UHGV virus genome: UHGV-0342645
DNA length: 59,919 bases
Strand: one strand, 5' to 3'
Source: a virus
Under the pieces are notes generated by a model. It had not been told where the DNA came from, made no database searches, and saw only the letters and a program-made list of their open reading frames with translations. The stretch's first letter is position 1. Each line of letters begins with the position of its first letter. Made by a program: the position numbers and the translations under genes. Positions 16,841-25,168 of this stretch are shown piece after piece.

Positions 16841-17068
16841 TTGGTAGTTAAGATAGTAATCATGGATGTCGTACCTTGCCATAATTTCGGATGCTTCCGC
16901 CGCACTTTCCGCTTCTTCATAAGCTTGCTCAGCGTCGTCATAAGTACCGTAATACATCCAACCTTCACCCATTGGACGGATATATGCTTCAAATTTGCCA
17001 GTACGCGGGTGACGTACAACTTTATAATCTGCGCCCATTGTGCTATATACTTTATTCAGCATGACCAT
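16838..17068 (-). CDS. small AP2-like DNA-binding domain protein
   Basis: GGAGGA SD. HPRTGKFEAYIRPMGEGWMYYGTYDDAEQAYEEAESAA matches the AP2 pattern (GKW.A.I...lG.f.t.eeAa.AY). Minus-strand gene inside the plus arm. Confidence 0.55.
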   Translation of the reverse strand: MVMLNKVYSTMGADYKVVRHPRTGKFEAYIRPMGEGWMYYGTYDDAEQAYEEAESAAEASEIMARYDIHDYYLNYQ

Positions 17069-17171
17069 TTTGTAATCCTCCGTTTTGCTTATGAGTTAAT
17101 AGTACAGTTAGACTGATCAGATGTAAAGGCAAATCGTGCTATTTTATAGATGCATTTCAAGTCTAAAGTTG

Positions 17172-17199
17172 TTGCATACATCTCAAGTCCTGCTATACT
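17172..17199 (+). promoter_or_regulatory. sigma70-like promoter
   Basis: TTGCAT (17172..17177), 16 nt spacer, TATACT (17194..17199). Confidence 0.5.
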
Positions 17200-17226
17200 T
17201 ACAGCATAAAGTTAACGGAGGGAACA

Positions 17227-17301
17227 ATGTTCGAGCTTTTAAAATTATTTGCGGGTGCTATTTTCGTAGCTGGTTATTTCTGGTTTATGTATATATTATG
17301 A
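17227..17301 (+). CDS. micro-ORF, 24-aa hydrophobic peptide
   Basis: Not in the track. GGAGGG SD then ATG 17227. Translation: MFELLKLFAGAIFVAGYFWFMYIL. Confidence 0.4.
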   Translation: MFELLKLFAGAIFVAGYFWFMYIL

Positions 17302-17309
17302 GGTGTGAA

Positions 17310-17618
17310 ATGAAAAAGTTAACAACCGTATTAATGTTTACGACTGCTTTTATGTTTTCTGCTAGCTGCATTAGCGCAACTAAGGATTGCCAAAAAGCGG
17401 TCACTGAGTTTCAGTCAAAGTTGCAACTTAAACGAACTGAATTGCAGACTAGCAACGACATTGCATTTTGTACAACTATTCAGCGTAAAGCTCAGCACGC
17501 AACAGTTGATGAAATTATGGAACCATTGAAAAACTTTAAAAACCCGGAACGTAAGTACTATGTGTCTATTGCCACTTATGCTTTCGTAACACGGTCTTTA
17601 GCGGAGGATTTAAAATGA
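17310..17618 (+). CDS. secreted/periplasmic protein with signal peptide
   Basis: ATG 17310 with AGGTG SD. MKKLTTVLMFTTAFMFSASCISA signal-like N-terminus. 102 aa. Confidence 0.6.
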   Translation: MKKLTTVLMFTTAFMFSASCISATKDCQKAVTEFQSKLQLKRTELQTSNDIAFCTTIQRKAQHATVDEIMEPLKNFKNPERKYYVSIATYAFVTRSLAEDLK

Positions 17619-17920
17619 GCATTGTAAATACTATCTGCGAAGCAATCTATGCAGAGCTTATCCGTGAAAACGTAAATAATGAGGACAATAACCAAATCCA
17701 AAAGATTTTGGTTGATCATAAAACTTATGCAGAGATTCGTCACGACAATGCTTTTCCTCATTGGTGTCATATTTATTATCCGCGTCGTGAGGATGAATCT
17801 ATTGTACTTACAATCATGGGCTATGCTATTGTTCCAACTTATGAAGTACAAGGTTTTGAAATACTTCTAAGAGGTGGTACTTTAGCACCAAAAGCGGCAA
17901 AGGGAACCGCGCAAAATTGA
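17615..17920 (+). CDS. hypothetical protein
   Basis: 101 aa with an ATGA overlap with the upstream gene. Confidence 0.6.
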   Translation: MSIVNTICEAIYAELIRENVNNEDNNQIQKILVDHKTYAEIRHDNAFPHWCHIYYPRREDESIVLTIMGYAIVPTYEVQGFEILLRGGTLAPKAAKGTAQN

Positions 17921-17923
17921 AGC

Positions 17924-17952
17924 TTGCCATTCAAGACTGCATCCTTTAAGAT
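17924..17952 (+). promoter_or_regulatory. sigma70-like promoter of a non-coding unit
   Basis: TTGCCA (17924..17929), 17 nt spacer, TAAGAT (17947..17952). Confidence 0.5.
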
Positions 17953-17958
17953 AACCAC

Positions 17959-18263
17959 AGTTAACGAGGTTTAACAATTTAACAACATTAACTTAGTGAA
18001 CGATGCTTAACTCAAGCCCTTGAAAGTGGTAGCTGTACCTCCTTACAGCAACTACTTTCGCTGGGCTTCCTGGAGCGGACAGGGTAAACCCGCAACTTAC
18101 TGAACGATGTGAACGATGTTTAACGCGACGGCGCCAGATGTACCAAACCGTCACCAGCCTTTGGCGAGGCTGTACAAGTAGGCCAGGATAGACGAAGACG
18201 GCAGTCAAAGTAAGCTATCCGACAATCAAGAGAGCCCAGGAATCCTTATGCCTGGGCTTTTTT
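17959..18263 (+). ncRNA. candidate ~300-nt non-coding RNA (promoter-to-terminator unit without ORF)
   Basis: No SD-preceded ORF on either strand. Internal hairpins and repeats, bounded by promoter 17924..17952 and terminator 18233..18263. Confidence 0.45.
18233..18263 (+). terminator. intrinsic terminator
   Basis: AGCCCAGG, 10-nt loop, CCTGGGCT, followed by TTTTTT. Confidence 0.8.
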
Positions 18264-18337
18264 GTTCCTTGAGATCAACAGAACTTCAATATAAAATTCT
18301 TTATGAAGTGTTTTACATTAAAGTTATGGAGACAAAC

Positions 18338-18805
18338 ATGGCAGTAAATATTCGCGCTAAAGGTCAACGCGGTGAGCGGGAAGTATGCGATTTCTTTAAT
18401 GCAATTTATGCCGAAATCTACGCAGAGCTGGGGATGCAGTTACCGGAAAAACCTATTGCTCAGCGTAACCAGAATCAAAGTGCGGTCGGTGGTTGCGACA
18501 TTAGCAATACGTGTCACCATGCGGTTGAAGTAAAAAACCATGCTACGCCACAAGTAAACACATGGTGGAAGCAGACTGTTCAATCTGCTAAAGAACTTGG
18601 CAGATATCCAGTTCTCATGTATAAAATAGAACGGAAAGGATGGAAGGTTGTTCTACCGCTCAATCCAGTTGTCTTTAGCAATGGTGAGTGGCAGTGGTAC
18701 GAAGTTAAAGATTCCATCCGCGCGGAGATTAGTCTTGATGACTATCGCATTATTTTTAAAGCTCACGCGAAACAATGGTTAATTGATCGCGGTTCAATTC
18801 AATAA
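18338..18805 (+). CDS. PD-(D/E)XK nuclease, Holliday-junction-resolvase-like
   Basis: ATG 18338 with GGAGA SD. RAKGQRGEREVCDFF ... GGCDIS ... AVEVKN resembles the Hjc-type KG..ER / D / E.K motifs. Confidence 0.55.
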   Translation: MAVNIRAKGQRGEREVCDFFNAIYAEIYAELGMQLPEKPIAQRNQNQSAVGGCDISNTCHHAVEVKNHATPQVNTWWKQTVQSAKELGRYPVLMYKIERKGWKVVLPLNPVVFSNGEWQWYEVKDSIRAEISLDDYRIIFKAHAKQWLIDRGSIQ

Positions 18806-18814
18806 GGTGAAATT

Positions 18815-19417
18815 ATGACTGACGTATTAAATAACATGCACACTATTTCTATAACTGATTCTAGCGTAACTGATTCTAGCGTAACTGTTACACCCTTTGC
18901 GCCAACTCTTCTCGGGGTGAAGCGGTTAACTGATACGGCAATTCTACCAGCGTTCGCTACTGCTGGGGCAGCTTGCTTTGACCTGCACGCGGATCTCAAA
19001 AGTGAAGACGGTTGTGAACAAATCATTTTCTCTTACGAGCACATATTCCGCACAGGGTTGGCGTTTGATATCCCTAAAGGGTATGCGCTTATGGTCTATT
19101 CCCGTAGTGGACACGGATTCAAAAATGACGTGCGTTTGGCAAACTGCGTGGGCGTTATTGATAGCGATTACACTGGCGAAGTTAAAGTTAAGCTTACTAT
19201 TGATCATGATGGTAGTTTTACCGTTAGTCATGGTGATCGTATTGCGCAAGCTATGCTTATTAAGGTGCCTTGCGTGCAACTGGTAGAAGTAGACGAGCTT
19301 AAGACTACTGAGCGCGGTGCTAATGGCTTCGGGTCCACTGGTACGTCTGCCAATGTGGTTACAGCAGAGGAAGAAGCTGCTACGCATCCAATTATAACTT
19401 CCCGCTATTTGAAATAG
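18815..19417 (+). CDS. dut: dUTPase (trimeric type) with N- and C-terminal extensions
   Basis: Motifs AGAACFDL, SRSG, GVIDSDYTGEV, RIAQ and RGANGFGSTG. AAGGTG SD. Confidence 0.85.
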   Translation: MTDVLNNMHTISITDSSVTDSSVTVTPFAPTLLGVKRLTDTAILPAFATAGAACFDLHADLKSEDGCEQIIFSYEHIFRTGLAFDIPKGYALMVYSRSGHGFKNDVRLANCVGVIDSDYTGEVKVKLTIDHDGSFTVSHGDRIAQAMLIKVPCVQLVEVDELKTTERGANGFGSTGTSANVVTAEEEAATHPIITSRYLK

Positions 19418-19424
19418 GTTATTT

Positions 19425-19595
19425 ATGGGTAAACGGAAGAAAAAGTTATCAAAGCAAGTAATATCTGACATGGAACCCTATACACCTTGTCAGATACCTG
19501 AAGCGTATAAGCCTTCACCATTAATGGAGGATGCTGAATGGAGGAAGGTTGCTAGATTACTAATCCGTTTAAAAAGATTAATTGATACGAATTGA
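19425..19595 (+). CDS. small basic protein (56 aa)
   Basis: Not in the track. MGKRKKKLSKQ... fills the gap between dut and the next gene. Weak SD. Confidence 0.35.
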   Translation: MGKRKKKLSKQVISDMEPYTPCQIPEAYKPSPLMEDAEWRKVARLLIRLKRLIDTN

Positions 19596-19658
19596 GTCTT
19601 GCCCTGCCACATGGATGTGCTATTATACATACATCGAAACACAACAGAGGACAGAAAA

Positions 19659-20069
19659 ATGTTCGACGCAGATAAAGCAGTACAAGCAACAGAAGCAGAT
19701 GTAATTGAGTGGTATAAAACTAAAGCGGAATTGCAGAAGCTGCAAGCTCGTGAGCGAGCACTCCGTGATAAGATTATTAAGTCCTATTTTCCAGCGCCGT
19801 CTGAGGGGACTAATAAAGTTGAAATTACTGGCGGGGTTATGAAGATGACCCACAAGATTGATCGTAAGATTGATCTTCCAAGCCTTAACGGAATCCTGGG
19901 CGATCTGATTAAAGTTGGTGTTAACGTTGATCAGCTTGTGGAAAATAAACCTGTATTGAAAGTTGCAGCTTGGCGTAAACTTACAGCGGAGCAAGCCGCA
20001 GTCTTCAACCAGTGTGTTGAATCTAAAGTTGGATCTGCGTCACTGGAAATTGTTCCAAATAAAGCTTAA
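19659..20069 (+). CDS. hypothetical protein
   Basis: ATG 19659 with GAGGA SD. 136 aa. Confidence 0.6.
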   Translation: MFDADKAVQATEADVIEWYKTKAELQKLQARERALRDKIIKSYFPAPSEGTNKVEITGGVMKMTHKIDRKIDLPSLNGILGDLIKVGVNVDQLVENKPVLKVAAWRKLTAEQAAVFNQCVESKVGSASLEIVPNKA

Positions 20070-20110
20070 CCACATTAACGGGCGGTTGATCCGCCCGAGA
20101 GGAAACTAAA

Positions 20111-20902
20111 ATGCGTAAAGAATCTCAGAAAGCTTATCATGCCCTGTTAAAAGGTGTTGTAACTGTCAAAGTTAAGTTTGAAGCAGGTGGTCGTCTTTAT
20201 ACCTACCGTGCTTTGGAAAGCGACGAATTACAGCCGGGCGATACTGTTGTAATTCAATATAACGGCAAGTTCTTTACTACGGAAGTAGTAGAAGTGGATC
20301 AGTATCCGGACTTCAGCAAGGATGTTGAATATAAATGGATTGTGTGCAAAGTGGACGAAGAACGCTATGCCCACTTCCTGGAACAGGAACACATGTTCGA
20401 ACAACAGATGTTGGCTTTGTCCGCAAACAAAGAAGCAGAAGCGACCAAGAAAGAACTGATCGAGTTGTACGGTGAAGAAAATGTCGGTTATTTAGCAGGT
20501 ATTGCTCAGGGTAAAGTAATGGTCCCGACATTGAATGACGTTATTGAAACTATGCTACACAACTTTGCGGATGGTACAGATCTTAACGGTAGTGTTGTTG
20601 AGTTTAAAACCGGACCTTATAATGACGAAGCTGTACAACGTCAGAAAGATTTATATGTACAGGTGCTTGGTCGCGGCTTACGCACAATGGAAGGTCCGCG
20701 TGTAGACTGGGAAAGCCGTTACAATAAACACATTGCAAACATGTATACTCTGAACGGTTTCACATGGCATGACTTTATGGCACCGGGCGCAAATAAGGAG
20801 AATAAAGAGGAGGTGAAAGCTGCTAAGATTTTGTTTGATCGTTTCAAACGCAAACAGTACCCGATTGAGAAATATATCGAAGAGTTCAAAGACAAATTAT
20901 AA
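20111..20902 (+). CDS. hypothetical protein
   Basis: 263 aa with GAGAGGA SD. Confidence 0.65.
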   Translation: MRKESQKAYHALLKGVVTVKVKFEAGGRLYTYRALESDELQPGDTVVIQYNGKFFTTEVVEVDQYPDFSKDVEYKWIVCKVDEERYAHFLEQEHMFEQQMLALSANKEAEATKKELIELYGEENVGYLAGIAQGKVMVPTLNDVIETMLHNFADGTDLNGSVVEFKTGPYNDEAVQRQKDLYVQVLGRGLRTMEGPRVDWESRYNKHIANMYTLNGFTWHDFMAPGANKENKEEVKAAKILFDRFKRKQYPIEKYIEEFKDKL

Positions 20903-20908
20903 TAAACT

Positions 20909-20932
20909 AAAGGGGGAGCAAGCCCCCTTTTT
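20909..20932 (+). terminator. intrinsic terminator
   Basis: GGGGG-agcaag-CCCCC followed by TTTTT. Confidence 0.7.
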
Positions 20933-20945
20933 AACAGGAGTTATT

Positions 20946-21590
20946 ATGAGAGTAACAATTATTTCTGATGCAAGTTTTTGTCCAAATACAAAAGCCGCAG
21001 GCTATGGTGGATGGGTAGTTTGCAACCGCGGAAGTAATGCTAATGGTGGTCCATTACGCGGCGCTCCGGATAACAATGCAGCCGAAACAATGGCAATTTG
21101 CAATGTTATTTGGGAAGGATTCAAAGCTAACTTAATTCATTCTGGTGATCATTTAGTTGTCCAGACAGATTGTTCAACTGCTATTAAAGTGTACAAGGAA
21201 GCAAGTTGGAAAAGCGAGCAAGAAGGTGTCGCTTTCAAGTGGTTGAACGATCAACTTCGTAAATATAACCTTACTATTGAGTTTCGTCATGTTAAAGGTC
21301 ATACGAGTAATCAGGACCAACGTAGCAAAGCTCAAAGATTCTGCGATGAACGTGCGCGTTCTGCTATGCGGCTGGAAAGAAGCAAAATTCGTTTGCAGGA
21401 ATGCAAAGAGCTTATTTCCGAAGCAAAGAAAAAGGAAAATAGACCTAAAAAGGGCAGCGGGCATTTACGTCGCAATACTCGCCTAAACCAGAAAGCAGAA
21501 ACCGTTTGGCGGCGTTCTATGGGTAAAGGTATGGGTGTAAATTCAATTACAACTCGCTCGGACTGGTCAGACTTTGACTATGAAATGTAA
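20946..21590 (+). CDS. RNase H-like nuclease with basic C-terminal extension
   Basis: ATG 20946 with AGGAG SD. The ISDASF, NNAAE, VQTDCS, VKGHT series corresponds to the RNase HI D-E-D-H pattern. Confidence 0.6.
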   Translation: MRVTIISDASFCPNTKAAGYGGWVVCNRGSNANGGPLRGAPDNNAAETMAICNVIWEGFKANLIHSGDHLVVQTDCSTAIKVYKEASWKSEQEGVAFKWLNDQLRKYNLTIEFRHVKGHTSNQDQRSKAQRFCDERARSAMRLERSKIRLQECKELISEAKKKENRPKKGSGHLRRNTRLNQKAETVWRRSMGKGMGVNSITTRSDWSDFDYEM

Positions 21591-21599
21591 GGAGGGGAT

Positions 21600-22514
21600 A
21601 TGGCATTCAAGCCACATTTAGCAACTGACGCGGTTGAAGAAAAGATTAAGTTTCCGTGCTGCATACTGCCTAAAATCGACGGTGTGCGCGGTTTAAATCC
21701 GGATGGGCAAATAGTAGGGCGCAGCTTAAAGCTGTTTAAAAACCGCCATACAAGCGCAATTTTCAGCGGTCCTCAATACATGGGCTATGACGGTGAGCTT
21801 GCAGCAGGAGTTGAAACGGACCCGGATCTGTGCCGTAAAACAACCAGTGCGGTAAATACAATTGAAGGTGAGCCATTCCTGAAATGGCACATCTTTGATC
21901 TGTGCGCGGAAAGTGTTGCAGAGCTGGGCTATGAAGCACGCTACAACATGATGAAAGACTTTATAACCACACAGCACGCGAAAGGTGAACTGCTCGATCT
22001 GCAAGTTGTGCCGATGTATGTGGTTAAGTCTTTGCAAGAGCTGCTCTACTGGGAAAACATCTGGCTTGATATGGGCTATGAAGGTATTATTATCCGCGAT
22101 CCTGAAAAGCCTTATAAGCATGGGCGCGGTACAGTTCGTGAAGGCGGATATCTTCGTATTAAACGCTTTATTCAGGAAGACGCTATTGTCCTCGATATTA
22201 TTGAGGGTGAAACTAATCTTAATGAAGTTACTGTTAACGAGCTGGGAAGGACTACACGATCTTCACATCAGGAAAATAAAGTTCCTAACGGTATGATCGG
22301 GACGCTTGTTTGTAAAGACGTCAAGACTGGCAATACAATCAACGTTAGTCCTGGTAAACTAACGCAAGAGGATAAGATTTATTATTGGAATAACCCTGAC
22401 AAGATTAAAGGTCGGACTATTTCATATAAACACTTTCCTCATGGCGTTAAAGATAAACCGCGTTTTGCTAACTTTATGCATTTCCGCGATGAAACTGATC
22501 AGGCTTTAGATTAA
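21600..22514 (+). CDS. ATP-dependent DNA ligase
   Basis: Adenylation motif I KIDGVRG, plus EGIIIRD and LRIKRF motifs. 304 aa with AGGAGG SD. Confidence 0.85.
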   Translation: MAFKPHLATDAVEEKIKFPCCILPKIDGVRGLNPDGQIVGRSLKLFKNRHTSAIFSGPQYMGYDGELAAGVETDPDLCRKTTSAVNTIEGEPFLKWHIFDLCAESVAELGYEARYNMMKDFITTQHAKGELLDLQVVPMYVVKSLQELLYWENIWLDMGYEGIIIRDPEKPYKHGRGTVREGGYLRIKRFIQEDAIVLDIIEGETNLNEVTVNELGRTTRSSHQENKVPNGMIGTLVCKDVKTGNTINVSPGKLTQEDKIYYWNNPDKIKGRTISYKHFPHGVKDKPRFANFMHFRDETDQALD

Positions 22515-22579
22515 AAAGTAATTGAGGGTTCAAAGTATATTACGTTACAATGAGCACGAACTTAAAAGAGAGGCGTTAA

Positions 22580-23308
22580 ATGGCCATTGAAATTAAAATG
22601 TCTTCACAAGTAGTGCAAGACACAGGCGTTAAAATTCTGGTTTACGGTGAAGCGGGTATGGGTAAAACCAGCCTTGTAGCGACGCTACCTAAACCAATTT
22701 TGATCAGCGCAGAGTCCGGTCTGTTATCTATTGCAGCGGAAAACCTTAATCGCGTTTATGGTAACATGGGATTGCCGATCGTTTATGATATCCCAGTTAT
22801 TGAAGTTAAATGTCTGGAGAACGTTGAAGCTGCTTATCAGTGGTGTGTAACTCCAGCTAACCAGCAGTATTTCGATTCTATTGCGCTTGACAGCTTGAGC
22901 GAAATTGCTGAACAATGTTTAAATAATGCGAAAAAAGGAACAAAAGATCCTCGTCAAGCTTATGGTACTTTGCTTGAAAAGATGCAAGATCTGATCCGTA
23001 AATTTCGCGATATTCCTGGCAAACATGTTTATATGTCTGCTAAAATGGGCAAAGACAAAGATGAAGTCTCCGGTGTTACCGCGTATGCTCCATCTATGCC
23101 TGGGTCCAAATTGGGGCAAATGCTCCCTTATTTCTTCGACGAAGTGTTTCGTCTGAATGTAAATAAGGATCAGCAAGGTAACTCGTATCGTTACTTGCAA
23201 ACTCAACCGGACTTTAATACAATCGCTAAGGATCGTTCGGGACGTTTAGATGCGGTTGAAGTCCCACACTTAGGTTCTGTTATCAACAAAATGAAAGGTA
23301 TCAACTAA
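22580..23308 (+). CDS. Sak4-like RecA-fold ATPase (AAA_24-type recombination protein)
   Basis: Walker A GEAGMGKTS near the N-terminus. Size and position upstream of the DUF669 SSB and Cas4-like nuclease fit the family. Confidence 0.65.
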   Translation: MAIEIKMSSQVVQDTGVKILVYGEAGMGKTSLVATLPKPILISAESGLLSIAAENLNRVYGNMGLPIVYDIPVIEVKCLENVEAAYQWCVTPANQQYFDSIALDSLSEIAEQCLNNAKKGTKDPRQAYGTLLEKMQDLIRKFRDIPGKHVYMSAKMGKDKDEVSGVTAYAPSMPGSKLGQMLPYFFDEVFRLNVNKDQQGNSYRYLQTQPDFNTIAKDRSGRLDAVEVPHLGSVINKMKGIN

Positions 23309-24192
23309 TGACTATGCCAACTAATTTCCACTTTGACGCGAGCAGCTATCAAGCACCTTCTTACGGCGCATTGCCGAAAGGTTGGTATAAAGCAGTAATT
23401 GAAGCATCTGAATTTAAACCGACCAAAAATGGCGGTATGGCAATCCAGGTAACGTTTAGCATCATTGACGGTTTTGCTAAAGGTCGTAAAATCTTTGCTC
23501 GTTATAACGTCATTAACGACAACGAAGATACTGTACGCATCGCTTACGAGCAGTTGGGCGCTCTTTCCCACGCTGTAGGCGTAATTCGCTGGGATACTCC
23601 TGCTCAATTGCATAACATTCCGCTGAACCTGCGTCTGAAAGTTCGTTCTCAGGAAGGTTATGAAGACAGCAACGAGCCTAACGGTTACGCTAACATTAAC
23701 GATCCGGTTAAATATGCGGAAAAAGCAGCAGAGGCTCCATCAATGGGTGCTCCAGCAGTAGCTAACCCGTTTGGTGCAGGTGCGCCAGCACAGCAGCCAA
23801 CTTTCCCGGGCGCAGCGCCACAGCAGCCAGCAGCTAACCCGTTTGCTCAGCAACAGCAAGCACCTGTACAACAGCAAGCTCCGGTGCAGCAACAGCAGCC
23901 AGTTCAGCAGCCTGTGCAGCAGCAACCAGCACCGCAGCAGGGCACAGCAGCTCAACCGTGGCAGAATGCCGCACCGCAGCCGTGGGATAACCCTGCTCAA
24001 AACGCAGCGCTACAGCAGCCAGTTCAGCAAGCTCCGGTACAACAGCCAGTAGCGCCGGAAGCAGCTCAGCAACCGTGGGCGCAGCAGGTAGCGCAGCCGG
24101 GTCAGGCAGCGGCACCGCAGCAGCAAGCGCAGCCACAGCAGCAAGCTGAACCGCATCCGGCACAAGCCGCAGTCCCGCCGTGGCAGCAGTAA
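23308..24192 (+). CDS. DUF669-type single-stranded DNA-binding protein with long Q/P/A-rich tail
   Basis: N-terminal ALPKGWYKAVIEASEFKPTKNGG...GRKIF is the DUF669 pattern. The C-terminal ~150 aa is low complexity (QQPVQQ repeats). Confidence 0.6.
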   Translation: MTMPTNFHFDASSYQAPSYGALPKGWYKAVIEASEFKPTKNGGMAIQVTFSIIDGFAKGRKIFARYNVINDNEDTVRIAYEQLGALSHAVGVIRWDTPAQLHNIPLNLRLKVRSQEGYEDSNEPNGYANINDPVKYAEKAAEAPSMGAPAVANPFGAGAPAQQPTFPGAAPQQPAANPFAQQQQAPVQQQAPVQQQQPVQQPVQQQPAPQQGTAAQPWQNAAPQPWDNPAQNAALQQPVQQAPVQQPVAPEAAQQPWAQQVAQPGQAAAPQQQAQPQQQAEPHPAQAAVPPWQQ

Positions 24193-24218
24193 GTTAACCC
24201 TCCCTCTGTAGTGTCCCT

Positions 24219-24245
24219 AAGCCGTCGAAAGACGGCTTATTTTTC
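24219..24245 (+). terminator. intrinsic terminator
   Basis: AAGCCGTC-gaaa-GACGGCTT followed by ATTTTT. Confidence 0.75.
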
Positions 24246-24257
24246 TAAGGTACTCCA

Positions 24258-25166
24258 ATGGCTATTTATATTGCAGAAAAAACACTTCAAGCAATCAATG
24301 ACGGTGTGCAAAAAGATCAGGGCGGGACTTACCGTAAATATCTCGGCGTAGTTATTCCTACAATTGAAGACGCATATCGTCCTGAAAGCGGAAACCGCAG
24401 CCACTTAGGCGCTTCCCTTATTGGACAACAATGTGCTCGCAAGCTGTTCTACGGATATCGCTGGGCTACGCGTAAAGAGTTTGATGGACGCCAGCTTCGA
24501 TTGTTTAACCGCGGACATCTGGAAGAAGCGCGCTTTATTGCTATGCTTCTTGCGGCAGGTATGCAGGTCTACCAGCAGGATGAAAACGGACACCAGTTCC
24601 GTATTAGCGAAGCTGGCGGACACTTTGGTGGTTCCTGTGATGGTGTGGTTATAGGTTGTCCGGATGTTCAGCCTGGGATGCCTGTGCTTACTGAAATGAA
24701 GACCCACAACGATAAGTCTTTCAAGAAACTGAAAGCTAAAGGTGTCAAAGAAGCTAAACCTGAGCACTATGTGCAGATGAACGTGTATATGCGAAAGCTT
24801 GGACTTGGTGCAGCGTTATATCTTGCTGTAAACAAGAACGATGATGAAGTTTACGCAGAAATTATTCCATTTGATCCGGTCACTGCGGACATGTATATTG
24901 ATCGTGGTGTGCAGATTGCTATTGCTACGGATATTCCTGACCGTGCATTCAAAGACTCTACCTTCTTCGAATGCAAATGGTGCGACCACTCCTCATTGTG
25001 CTGGCGTAAAACTATGCCGGAAGTAAACTGTCGTACATGTCAATTTCTTGAGCCAAAAGATGATGGAACATGGTATTGCAATTTCCATTCCGTTGCAGTA
25101 GATACGCAGGGTCAAAAAGTTGGTTGTCAAAACTATCAAGTAGCTAACTATTACGGGAAAGATTGA
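24258..25166 (+). CDS. PD-(D/E)XK exonuclease, Cas4/RecB-like with C-terminal Cys cluster
   Basis: GSCDGV ... LTEMKTH (D...ExK) and C-terminal CKWCDHSSLC...CRTC cysteines, which may bind an Fe-S cluster. Confidence 0.65.
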   Translation: MAIYIAEKTLQAINDGVQKDQGGTYRKYLGVVIPTIEDAYRPESGNRSHLGASLIGQQCARKLFYGYRWATRKEFDGRQLRLFNRGHLEEARFIAMLLAAGMQVYQQDENGHQFRISEAGGHFGGSCDGVVIGCPDVQPGMPVLTEMKTHNDKSFKKLKAKGVKEAKPEHYVQMNVYMRKLGLGAALYLAVNKNDDEVYAEIIPFDPVTADMYIDRGVQIAIATDIPDRAFKDSTFFECKWCDHSSLCWRKTMPEVNCRTCQFLEPKDDGTWYCNFHSVAVDTQGQKVGCQNYQVANYYGKD

Positions 25167-25168
25167 TT

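Noticed and set aside
17993-18208. 71-aa minus-strand ORF inside the candidate ncRNA region
   Set aside because: It is antisense to the whole rightward arm, has no SD, is Arg/Val/Ser-rich like a random frame, and the region is bounded by a plus-strand promoter and terminator.
23740-24163. Several ORFs on both strands within the SSB tail region (23740..24000, 23771..24052, 23834..24163)
   Set aside because: They are artefacts of CAG/CTG-rich quasi-repeat DNA that is open in many frames, and they are nested in a well-supported gene.
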